DNA from: Sedimentisphaerales bacterium
Lineage (GTDB): Bacteria > Planctomycetota > Phycisphaerae > Sedimentisphaerales > SM23-30
Reading direction: 5' to 3'
Assembly (NCBI GenBank): GCA_963663965.2
Contig: CAXXFK010000018.1
Span: 78,935-142,934, forward strand
DNA: 64,000 nucleotides
The position numbers were made by a program, and so were the translations under genes. This document shows, one piece after another, positions 56,425 to 64,000 of this stretch. The notes beneath the pieces were generated by a model. It was not told the origin of the DNA. It was given only the letters and a program-made list of their open reading frames with translations, and did no database searches. Positions within the stretch are counted from its first letter, which is position 1; each line of letters opens with the position of its first letter.

Positions 56425-58719
56425 ATGGATATTTTCAGCCGCTGGAAAAAACAGGATGTGAACAATCTGACCCGAGCTCGTGAAAACGCCAAAAACAAAA
56501 AGAATGAAAAAATGACACAGAAAGACTTGGCAGATGAAATGAAGGTTTCTCAAAGCGTCATTTCTAAGTGGGAAAAGAATATAAGTACCATACCGGCCAA
56601 CCAACTATTCAGACTTGGTGAAATTCTGGGAGTGTCTGCGGAATCATTACTGCAAAGTGAGCCGTTAAAATTTTCCAGTTGGCCCAACTTGCAACCGTAT
56701 CATACTCTTGATGCTAAATTGAGCCTCTACAATTCTCTTTTTCGCAATGTCGACTGGAATCTGATGGTTAGTGGAGGAATCAGCTCTTCAATTACCGACC
56801 TAAAAAAAGCGACAGATTATTATCGTCGCAAACCGATGGTGGGTATCATCGGTCGGTTTGACGCAGGTAAATCAGCCTTGATCAACGAGTGGTTGGGCGA
56901 AGAAGTATTACCTGAGCGCTATCAACCGATGACATCGCTACCGACTTTGGTTATGCATACTGATATTAAACCGACCTGGATGAAAACGAATGAAGATGTG
57001 TTGGTTCTTGACGAAGAGAATTATAATGCCATCTTTTGGTGGGAAAAACCTGATTCGGTGGTTGCCATTGGAAAACGAAACGCATTGGTGGAATTTGCAA
57101 GTCACAAAGGAGATATCCTATCGGAATCCGCGAAAATTGCTATCGTCTTTATTGACAATCCCGTTTTGTATTCCTGTTCGATTGTAGATTTTCCTGGCTT
57201 TCTTCATAGTGAAAAAGATGAGTCTCTGACAAAATTGCTCATGAGCCAACTGGATGTTTTAATCTATACCAGTCCAATTAATGGCTGTATGGAAACATAC
57301 GACCGGGATATGCTGGCGAACTATTTACCCGTCTTGCCAGTTATACGGCCAAGGCATGAATCAAAAGACGGTTTTGTGCCCTACAAAAACCTTATAATCG
57401 CGATTACTCGTTGCGATCGTGATGAAAAAAAAGATAAGGTCGACGGAGTTATCAATGACCTAAAAGAAAGCCTACCGGTCATTTATACGGAGAATACTTT
57501 GCCTTTATTGTCGGATATAGTTGGGCAGGAAATTACCGCATTAGATCTTTGCAATCGAATTGTACCGTTTTCAATCAAAGTTCCTGAACGGCGTAATGTG
57601 TTGATAGACGAACTCAAAAATATCCTGACTGAATATATGCCGGACTGGTGGAATCACCAGGCAGCCAAAGAAATAGAGGGCCAGAAAAATACTGCTATCA
57701 AGATTCTAGAAAATCGAATCGCAGATATCGATGATCAGGTGAATAACAAAGATCATAATGAAATTCTATATCAACACATGAAATCGGTAATGTCAGCTAT
57801 CAGTAAGCTGATTATTAAAAGCCAGGACGACCTGAACGAGATTATTGTTAAATCACAGAATCAAACCATCAGTGAATTTACAAATAGCTATAATACGTTA
57901 ATGACCCAGGAGGCTATGACAGAATATATAACAAAACGGTTTGCAAATGAAAAAAATGCAAAAAAGCGAATAGGCAACAGTTTAAGTGAACACTTAAAAA
58001 TGTTAATCCAGAAAGCTATTCAGCCGGAAACGGACCAGTTCGCTAAAGTTCTTGACCAAAAACTGGTGGAGTTGAATGATAAAATCAAAGAATTACTGAC
58101 GCTGCCAACCGATAAATTTTCCAAAGCTGAAATGGGTGATATACATGTTAATCCAGTATTACCGAATTTTGATACACGAGTTGCTTTTGTCTCAGGATTG
58201 GCAGGTCTGGGCACTTTGGGAGCCTTGAGTGCATGGGCTTCACTGGTAGCCGCGGGCAGCAACCTGGGCGCCTATATACTGGTCGCGAAGATTTCCGGCC
58301 TCTTGGCAGCCGCCGGTATTCATGTCGGTGGCGGCGCGGCTTTGGTATCGCTGGTATCTGTATTAGGCGGTCCGGTTACGGTGGCAATCGGCCTGTCGGT
58401 TATCCTTGCTGCGGCCGTGTTTGGCAGCATGAAATTGTTTGGCCCAACCTGGCAAGTACGCATGGCCAAAAAAATTATCGAAGAATGCAGCAAAAATAAT
58501 ATACTTGAAAATTGTACCAATGCGATTATTAAATACTGGGATGCTACACAAGCCGGGACAAAAAAAGGAATGAATGGTATCAGGGATGAAATTGAATCTA
58601 AATACAATGAATTAAAGCAACTGGTTGAAAATTTTGACAGCGTTAAAGAAGAGCTCGGCCGCCAGAAAAAAAATTGCCAGACCATTCGAAGTGAAGCCAT
58701 AAAACTGCCTGGTATGTAA
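56425..58719 (+). CDS. Fusion protein: XRE-type HTH + dynamin-like GTPase + helical stalk + glycine-zipper transmembrane region
   Basis: 764 aa. HTH_3 (MTQKDLADEMKVSQSVISKWEKNISTIPANQLFRLGEILGVSAESLL). GTPase G1 GIIGRFDAGKSALIN, G3 VDFPGF, G4 ITRCDRD. A long coiled-coil middle part. About 90 aa of Gly/Ala-rich hydrophobic helices (VSGLAGLGTLGALSAWASLVAAGSNLGAYILVAKISGLLAAAGIHVGGGAALVSLVSVLGGPVTVAIGLSVILAAAVFG). A helical C-terminal tail. Confidence 0.8.
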   Translation: MDIFSRWKKQDVNNLTRARENAKNKKNEKMTQKDLADEMKVSQSVISKWEKNISTIPANQLFRLGEILGVSAESLLQSEPLKFSSWPNLQPYHTLDAKLSLYNSLFRNVDWNLMVSGGISSSITDLKKATDYYRRKPMVGIIGRFDAGKSALINEWLGEEVLPERYQPMTSLPTLVMHTDIKPTWMKTNEDVLVLDEENYNAIFWWEKPDSVVAIGKRNALVEFASHKGDILSESAKIAIVFIDNPVLYSCSIVDFPGFLHSEKDESLTKLLMSQLDVLIYTSPINGCMETYDRDMLANYLPVLPVIRPRHESKDGFVPYKNLIIAITRCDRDEKKDKVDGVINDLKESLPVIYTENTLPLLSDIVGQEITALDLCNRIVPFSIKVPERRNVLIDELKNILTEYMPDWWNHQAAKEIEGQKNTAIKILENRIADIDDQVNNKDHNEILYQHMKSVMSAISKLIIKSQDDLNEIIVKSQNQTISEFTNSYNTLMTQEAMTEYITKRFANEKNAKKRIGNSLSEHLKMLIQKAIQPETDQFAKVLDQKLVELNDKIKELLTLPTDKFSKAEMGDIHVNPVLPNFDTRVAFVSGLAGLGTLGALSAWASLVAAGSNLGAYILVAKISGLLAAAGIHVGGGAALVSLVSVLGGPVTVAIGLSVILAAAVFGSMKLFGPTWQVRMAKKIIEECSKNNILENCTNAIIKYWDATQAGTKKGMNGIRDEIESKYNELKQLVENFDSVKEELGRQKKNCQTIRSEAIKLPGM

Positions 58720-58733
58720 ACGAAGGAAAAAAG

Positions 58734-59024
58734 GGAAGGGAAAAAGGGGGCATTCTACATTATTGCCATTGAATTTTTGTGATTTAAAATACAGGTATTA
58801 TGCCAAGGGCAGCACGGGCCAGTGTGGGTGATATATGTTATCATGTGATCCATCGTGGTAATGATCGTGCGGGGGGCTTTCACCGGTATCAATTGCCAAC
58901 TCCCCTTGGGCAACCAGGATTGGATAGAGGGCATTGCTCAGAAATTTGGTTTAGAACAGACCAACCGGCCAAGAGGCCGGTCACGGAAAGATGCGAAAAA
59001 GTAGAATGTCCCCTTTTCCCTTCC
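58734..59024 (+). mobile_element. MITE derived from an internally deleted IS200/Y1-transposase-like (PF01797-type) gene, copy 1
   Basis: Inverted ends GGAAGGGAAAAAGGGGGCATTCTAC / GTAGAATGTCCCCTTTTCCCTTCC. Inside are the first ~30 codons (MPRAARASVGDICYHVIHRGNDRAG.F) and the last ~30 codons (..GNQDWIEGIAQKFGLEQTNRPRGRSRKDAKK, in another frame) of a Y1-transposase-like gene. The catalytic middle is missing. About 88 percent identical by eye to 61107-61393. Confidence 0.65.
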
Positions 59025-59270
59025 GGCAAGCTCGCTCAATCACCCAATCGGGTAGTATCTTACGGATCGAATTTAAAGTCGAAACTTCCAATTTGCGATA
59101 AATTTCTAAAGGTTTTTCACGACGATCACCGAAATTATTGTCAGACATAGGTAGCCTCCGTTCGATAATGTTTTGTTCATAATTTCACTATCGACTCCGG
59201 AGGCTTTTTTTCTATAATTACCTTAAACTACCGCCATTCGGTCCTGCTCCCTTTCGAACAGCCTATTCAT

Positions 59271-59303
59271 AAAAAAGCCCTGTCAGTGTTGGATAACAGG
59301 GCT
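59271..59303 (-). terminator. Rho-independent terminator of the GH172 gene
   Basis: On the minus strand: stem AGCCCTGT / ACAGGGCT, 12-nt loop, followed by T6. Confidence 0.7.
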
Positions 59304-59333
59304 TCAGGATATCTATATCGCAGGGTATTTCAC

Positions 59334-60422
59334 TTATGGCTGCGTTGCATACCAATAGGCGACCGATGAAAACTGGTTTTCGGCGTCATTATTATGGCCA
59401 TGTTCGATTGTCACCTTCAGCGATTTTTCAAACGGGATCGGATCGGGAATATGCCAGCGATACACCGAAAAGGTTCCCCAGCAGAAGTTTTCCCGCTCGC
59501 CTTCGTGCCACGTGTGATAGCAGGTTCCAAAATAAGGCGACTGGAACGGCCGGCGGACTCCCCAGGCCATATTGAAGTAATCTTCGGCCCCGGTTCCCAT
59601 GATCGAAGTCGGCATCTGCTGGCCATCAACGAATATCATGTCATCGCCTTCGTACCATTTGCCCTTCTCGTCCTGGTGGGCTTCGATGTTGAAAATACAG
59701 CCGATGTAATGTCCTTTTCCCTGGGTATCGAGAATGACATAGTTTTCCGCAGCCGAGGTGTTTTTGTTATCCGCAAGCTCGCCGGCGATTGTCTTTTCAC
59801 TGCGATACTGTGTATGAAAATAACAGGTCTCTGGCGGCAGGGTTTTGTGCTTTTGATAATCGATATGGTAATAGAACGATCTGATTTTCTGATCGCCGGT
59901 ATTGGAGATGGAAATCACCGCTTTGCGGCGAAACGCCATGGGAAAATAGCCATTGAACGCTGCTCTGCGCGGAGGGTGGTCCATGACCGATTCGGCCGAC
60001 TTCATTACCACGATCATCGCACTGTTAAAGTCTGCACAGTCACCGTGGGCCATGCCGAAAAAGGGACCGAAGGGACAGTCCACCGCGGGTTCAGCGGCAT
60101 CATCCCAACGAATTCGCAGCACCAGCTTCGATAAGTAATCGGGATAGTCCTGAACACCCACGGTAAACCACATATGCTTGATAATGCCGGGACCTGTCAG
60201 CGCAGCGATATCAGCCGTCTGCCCGGGTTCAAGAGAAATACTATCTTTATTGCCACCAGTCACATTGAAGCTGGAAGCCCGGCAGGCCTGGTAATCCTGC
60301 GTCACTATCAGCGAAGGAATATTTCCGTCAGCGCCCCTGCTCTGCGCCGGCGTACAAGCCGACAGGAACAAAATGCAGCTCGTTATCATGACTGATGCGT
60401 AATATTTTCCAATCGTGTCCAT
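59334..60422 (-). CDS. DUF2961 / GH172 family lipoprotein
   Basis: ORF 59334..60440; AAGGAG lies 7 nt upstream of ATG 60422. Lipobox LFLSAC. DUF2961 hallmarks are present (GPGIIKHMWFT, YFHTQYR, GKGHYIGC, WYEGDDMIFVDG, GTGAEDYFN, YRWHIPDPIPFEKSLKVTIEHGH). Confidence 0.85.
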   Translation of the reverse strand: MDTIGKYYASVMITSCILFLSACTPAQSRGADGNIPSLIVTQDYQACRASSFNVTGGNKDSISLEPGQTADIAALTGPGIIKHMWFTVGVQDYPDYLSKLVLRIRWDDAAEPAVDCPFGPFFGMAHGDCADFNSAMIVVMKSAESVMDHPPRRAAFNGYFPMAFRRKAVISISNTGDQKIRSFYYHIDYQKHKTLPPETCYFHTQYRSEKTIAGELADNKNTSAAENYVILDTQGKGHYIGCIFNIEAHQDEKGKWYEGDDMIFVDGQQMPTSIMGTGAEDYFNMAWGVRRPFQSPYFGTCYHTWHEGERENFCWGTFSVYRWHIPDPIPFEKSLKVTIEHGHNNDAENQFSSVAYWYATQP

Positions 60423-61106
60423 ATTTATACTCCTTATCATTCAAACCAAGGGCAGTGTCCATTTAACTGTGTAAATGGTTTTACGATTCATAGCAGATTC
60501 CACTTCTGTCTTGCTTTCTCATCAATCTTTCATCAACTTGTATTTATCATCCTGGAGGATAAGGCTCTGCTGGAGAGCAACCTGAGCGTCAGGTCAGGGT
60601 GATGCGGAGACAAGAGGCTCAGGAACAGGCCAAGTTGTCCTTGAGCCATTTTTGTTTTAGCTCACAAAGTGACAAACTCAATCAAAACAGTATCGCCGCA
60701 GGTGCCCCCATCTTTGTCACATCGGCATTCGGTCAGTGAACTTGATGGCAAGCTGGTTCATCGCTGACTTACCGGCGCCGTATCGGCATTGTCCGTTTTT
60801 TTGCAATATTTGCAAGAGCCAAATAAAAAATCTTCGGTATGGACACTTCAGTTCAACCTGGAATCAATCACGGACCATCCTGACCTGTGATCCTGGTCAT
60901 CGTAACGGCGATTGCCGGTTTTATCGCACCTATCCTTCATGTCTGAAGAAAATGAGAAGATATCGCCCCTGGGAAGATGATAAACTTGCTTTGATATTCT
61001 CGATCCCGATGCCTGTATCAACAAATGAACTGTAGTTGGCCGAGATTAATTCACCGACCGCACAGTTGTCCTTGATCCATAGATGTCCTTTCAGACAAAT
61101 CAGAGC

Positions 61107-61393
61107 AGGGAAAAGGGGACATTCTACTTTTTGCTTACCATTGGCTGTTTCGGGTTTAAAATGCCGGTATTATGCCAAGGACAGCAAGAGCCAGTGTGGG
61201 TGGTATGTGTTATCATGTGATCCATCGTGGTAATGATCGTGCGGAGGTATTTCACCGGTATCAATTGCCAATTCCCCTTGGGTAACCAGGATTGGATAGG
61301 GGGCATTGCCAAGAAAATTGGATTAGAGCAGACCATTCGGCCAATGGGATGTCCACGGAAAGATGCGAAAAAGTAGAATGTCCCCTTTTCCCT
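61107..61393 (+). mobile_element. MITE derived from an internally deleted IS200/Y1-transposase-like gene, copy 2
   Basis: Inverted ends AGGGAAAAGGGGACATTCTAC / GTAGAATGTCCCCTTTTCCCT. The internal sequence is colinear with copy 1 (ATGCCAAGGACAGCAAGAGCCAGTGTGGGTGGTATGTGTTATCATGTGATCCATCGTGGTAATGATCGTGCGGAGG...). Confidence 0.65.
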
Positions 61394-61837
61394 TTTTTCA
61401 GATTCGTTGTGAGAAAGAGAAAAAGAACCGGCTGGATATGTCATTCTGGAATGGGGTGGCCGTAGAAAATGGAAAAATTTAAATTAGGCGTTACAAGTAA
61501 TACTCGAGCCAATTAAAGATTATAACTCTATTTAGATTAAGGCATTAGCAATTCAGGGTGGATGCCGCGTCATTGTTTTTCAAGTGATTTAATCACCATG
61601 GCTAAGATTTATTTTGTTTTGTTCTGGTCCTAAACCCGATATAGTAATATAATTGCAATTAGTATAAAGTTTGGTTTGCTGAGTGAGTAAATCGGCTCGG
61701 GTCAGGTTTGTTTCTGTCCCCTCCCAAATTTCTCCTTCAACCTTCCATTTTTATCAGGCTGAATTGTCGGCCGCTTTCTGTGTGACCTGGAAAGTTGAAT
61801 GAGGGTCACATACCCGAAGATAACAGGAGATTTTGTT

Positions 61838-62179
61838 ATGGGTAAAAAAGTATATGTTGGAAACTTGACCTATGGTGTATCGCAAGCGGATCTGGAACAA
61901 ATGTTCAGCGCTTACGGTACGGTCGAAAGCGCTCAAATTGTCATGGATCGCACCACCGGGCAAAGTAAAGGATTTGGGTTTGTTGAGATGAGTAGCGATT
62001 CGGAAGCGCAAGCTGCAATCGGAGCGTTAAACGGTCAGGACTGCGGCGGCCGGGAACTCAAAGTGAACGAAGCCAAGCCGCGCGAAAATCGTAGTGGCGG
62101 GGGTGGTTATGGTGGCAGCCGCGGCGGCGGCGGTGGCTATGGTGGCAGTCGCGGCGGCGGCGGTCGAAATCGCTATTAA
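61838..62179 (+). CDS. RRM-type glycine-rich RNA-binding protein
   Basis: MGKKVYVGNLTYGVSQADLEQMFSAYGTVESAQIVMDRTTGQSKGFGFVEM contains RNP2 (VYVGNL) and RNP1 (KGFGFVEM). C-terminal GGYGGSRGGGGG repeats. Confidence 0.9.
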   Translation: MGKKVYVGNLTYGVSQADLEQMFSAYGTVESAQIVMDRTTGQSKGFGFVEMSSDSEAQAAIGALNGQDCGGRELKVNEAKPRENRSGGGGYGGSRGGGGGYGGSRGGGGRNRY

Positions 62180-62201
62180 TCACATAGACAGACTAAGCGC
62201 A

Positions 62202-62234
62202 AAGGAGGCCCAAACATTGTGGCCTCCTTTTTTA
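62202..62234 (+). terminator. Rho-independent terminator
   Basis: Perfect 9-bp stem AAGGAGGCC / GGCCTCCTT, 10-nt loop, followed by a T-run. Confidence 0.8.
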
Positions 62235-62274
62235 TTTTATGTGCAAGTTCAAATAATGGCAAAGGGCGTAAAAT

Positions 62275-62394
62275 ATGGTACCGGCTAAGAAGGGCAATGC
62301 CGTAAAAATACACTGTTTGGAAAAACTGGATGATGGCACAATATTTTTTAATTTTGACAATCAGGATCCGATGGAATTGACTATCGGCGATTGA
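62275..62394 (+). pseudogene. FKBP-type peptidyl-prolyl isomerase N-terminal remnant
   Basis: MVPAKKGNAVKIHCLEKLDDGTIFFNFDNQDPMELTIGD followed by TGA. The next codons (QVIPV..) would continue the FKBP motif IG.GQVIPGFE but are out of frame after an indel. The gene is then cut off by the RAYT remnant. Confidence 0.35.
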
Positions 62395-62499
62395 CAGGTC
62401 ATCCCAGTTTTGAACCGGTGTCCCCCTCCCCATTGTCTTGACAAAAATATTGACTTTTTCAGGTGGAGTTATCGTCTGGGCGGGGGCAGTCGTCCCGGA

Positions 62500-62784
62500 A
62501 GGAGCCCGGAGAGCGACTGGAGTTCGTCATGGATTAATAGGCGGGAACGAGGAATCTGGCAGCGGCGGTTCTGGGAGCATTGGGTTCGGGATTCGGTTGA
62601 TTATGAAAATCATGTCCATTATATTCATTATAATCCAGTGAAACATGGATATGTCGAGTATCCGCAGGATTGGCCGTGGTCGTCGTATCATAAATTTGTG
62701 GACAAGGGCTGGTACGCGGGATTTGATTGGAATCGCATCGGTGAATTGGAGATACCGGATGCGTATGAAGATGGGCAAAAATAA
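62500..62784 (+). pseudogene. REP-associated tyrosine transposase (RAYT, TnpA-REP) C-terminal remnant
   Basis: RRERGIWQRRFWEHWVRDSVDYENHVHYIHYNPVKHGYVEYPQDWPWSSYHKFVDKGWY matches the conserved C-terminal third of RAYTs. The N-terminal HUH-containing part is absent. Confidence 0.6.
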
Positions 62785-62818
62785 TCCGTATAGACAGAGT
62801 GTTTCTTTCACATTAAAG

Positions 62819-62885
62819 AACAGCGTGGGCGGCGCCCACCCGACGGGTTGTGGAGGAATCAAACAGCGTGGGCGGCGCCCACCCG
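62819..62885. repeat. Two REP-like palindromic units next to the RAYT remnant
   Basis: The 24-nt direct repeat AACAGCGTGGGCGGCGCCCACCCG occurs at 62819-62842 and 62862-62885. Each copy contains the palindrome GTGGGCG-G-CGCCCAC. Confidence 0.55.
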
Positions 62886-62895
62886 GGGTTTGGAA

Positions 62896-64000
62896 TTATT
62901 GGGGTTTGACGATTTTTAAATAATCGGGCAGGGGGGAGTTTTTGAGGGTTTTGATGCCCTGGGTGAGGCAGGTGGCGTTGGACTGGGCGCCGAGGGCGTT
63001 GGTGTGGGTGGTTTCGTTTTTGTCGAAGTAAAGGGCGGTGACGGTTTTTTGTCCGATCTGGTCGTAGTGGTCGGCGATGAGCCGGTTGAGGTCGATAAAA
63101 AGGGCATCTTGTGCCTGGGCGGCTTGTCGGGCCCAGAGGGCGTAACTGTCGGTGGCGCGGTTGACGGTGTCGCCGGTCCAGTGGTTGCGCGGGATGGGAG
63201 AGCAGACGATGGCGGTGGCGCCTTTGGCCTGGATTTCCTGGATGTACTGGCGGAGGTACCAGCCGTAGGAGTAAACGGTTTCGGGTTGGCCGGTGAGCAG
63301 GTTGTCGATCTGCTGGGTTTCGTCGGTGTTGCCTTTGATGGTGCCGCGGGCGCGCTGGCGGTCGTTGATGGGAGAGGAGTCGTTATGGCCGAACTGCATG
63401 ATGACAAAGTCGCCGGGTTGGATGCGGTCCAGGATGGGCTGCCACAGGCCGGAGGTGCGGAAGGAGCGGCTGCTGGTGCCGCCCATGGCGCGGTTTTCGA
63501 TATTGAGGCGGGTGCGGTCGAAGAAATCGGCGATGGGCGCGCCCCAGCCCCACTGGCCGTTGGCGCCGTCGCCGCGGCTGCCGGTGCGGACGGTGGAGTC
63601 GCCGATGAGGTAGAGGGTAGGCAGGTCGGGATTGGATTTTGGTTGGGCCGCGGGCATCCAGGGGGCGATGAGCCATTGACGGACCTGATCGACCAGGACG
63701 GGGGGATGGTAGGGGGTGACAGTCTGGCCAAGGTCAGAGAGGGCAGCGGTGAGGGGGGTGTCGATGACCTTAAGGCCGGAAACGACCATTGCGGCGTTGA
63801 TAAACGCGCCTTCGGGGCCGGTGTGGGTGTGGTCGATGGGGAATAACTGACGGACACGGATGGGGCCGAGCAGGTGGTACTGGTCGGCGATCATTTCGCG
63901 CAGGTCGATAAAGGTGACGCCGGTCTGGTCGGCCAGTTGGCGGGCCAGGGCGCAGAAGGTGTTTTTCCGTTCGATCTGGCCGTTGGGCCAGACGTTGCGG
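62896..64000 (-). CDS. SGNH/GDSL hydrolase, rhamnogalacturonan acetylesterase (CE12)-like, probably tandem-domain; N-terminus beyond window edge
   Basis: The frame of ORF 62896..63894 stays open upstream to the window end (…NVWPNGQIERKNTFCALARQLADQTGVTFIDLREMIADQYHLLG…DHTHTGPEGA, which is the end of a first SGNH domain). The second domain has block I LYLIGDSTV, block II NRAMGGTSS, block III MQFGHND and block V THTNALGA. Confidence 0.8.
   Translation of the reverse strand, partial: RNVWPNGQIERKNTFCALARQLADQTGVTFIDLREMIADQYHLLGPIRVRQLFPIDHTHTGPEGAFINAAMVVSGLKVIDTPLTAALSDLGQTVTPYHPPVLVDQVRQWLIAPWMPAAQPKSNPDLPTLYLIGDSTVRTGSRGDGANGQWGWGAPIADFFDRTRLNIENRAMGGTSSRSFRTSGLWQPILDRIQPGDFVIMQFGHNDSSPINDRQRARGTIKGNTDETQQIDNLLTGQPETVYSYGWYLRQYIQEIQAKGATAIVCSPIPRNHWTGDTVNRATDSYALWARQAAQAQDALFIDLNRLIADHYDQIGQKTVTALYFDKNETTHTNALGAQSNATCLTQGIKTLKNSPLPDYLKIVKPQ

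Noticed and set aside
58800-59150. 116-aa ORF annotated in the track
   Set aside because: It is a chimeric read-through: the first 30 codons are the 5' end of a Y1-transposase-like gene. The rest is out-of-frame 3' end plus flanking DNA, including the antisense of another small ORF. It is treated as part of a MITE.
60736-61035. 99-aa plus-strand ORF in the gene-poor stretch
   Set aside because: It has no SD and an odd Cys/Arg-rich composition. Minus-strand fragments in the same region look like pseudogene debris. There is insufficient support for a gene.
62916-63857. 313-aa minus-strand and 280-aa plus-strand (63004..63846) alternative ORFs in the esterase gene
   Set aside because: This G+C-rich segment keeps several frames open. 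Only the 62896..63894 frame has the SGNH blocks (GDS, GHND, THTN). The others are Pro/Ala/Gly-rich nonsense.
1-64000. Search for tRNA, rRNA, tmRNA and integrase genes that could define island borders
   Set aside because: No T-loop/acceptor-type cloverleaf candidates (GGTTCGAATCC-like) or rRNA-like segments were found by eye in the intergenic regions. No tyrosine or serine recombinase motifs appear in any ORF. A tRNAscan/Infernal run would be needed to be certain.

Overview
This 64-kb window looks like chromosomal DNA from a PVC-superphylum bacterium (Planctomycetota/Phycisphaerae-, Lentisphaerota- or Kiritimatiellota-like). The evidence is three prepilin-type H-X9-DG proteins, two PEP-CTERM proteins, giant secreted LamG/PA14/pectate-lyase proteins, and GH172/CE12/ThuA/Gfo-Idh-MocA sugar genes. 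All family calls come from motifs read by eye; no database search was run. The backbone genes are: an ECF sigma/anti-sigma pair, an MscS channel, two paralogous dCache-HAMP chemoreceptors, and a small polysaccharide-modification cluster. It also holds an M16 peptidase, two hemerythrins, DUF4956 plus CotH, and two AraC/URO-D-family modules. Two clearly AT-rich foreign islands interrupt this backbone. Island 1 (about 5.6-12.1 kb) has a controller-HTH/Dcm/Vsr module. Converging on that module is a tightly coupled four-gene operon: a small basic protein, a 643-aa GHKL ATPase, and two proteins with no recognisable motif. This operon is my best candidate for an undescribed restriction-like defence system. 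Island 2 (about 56.2-58.7 kb) is a single 764-aa gene fusing an XRE HTH, a dynamin-like GTPase and a glycine-zipper membrane region. It is a second candidate defence or abortive-infection module. Other notable content: a class C group II intron inserted right after a terminator, with a frameshifted reverse transcriptase, and several MITE-like families, one derived from a Y1-transposase gene. There is also a dispersed family of octamer word-repeat modules next to both islands, a lysine-tailed bacterial histone-fold protein, and several decayed genes. No rRNA, tRNA or CRISPR array was seen.
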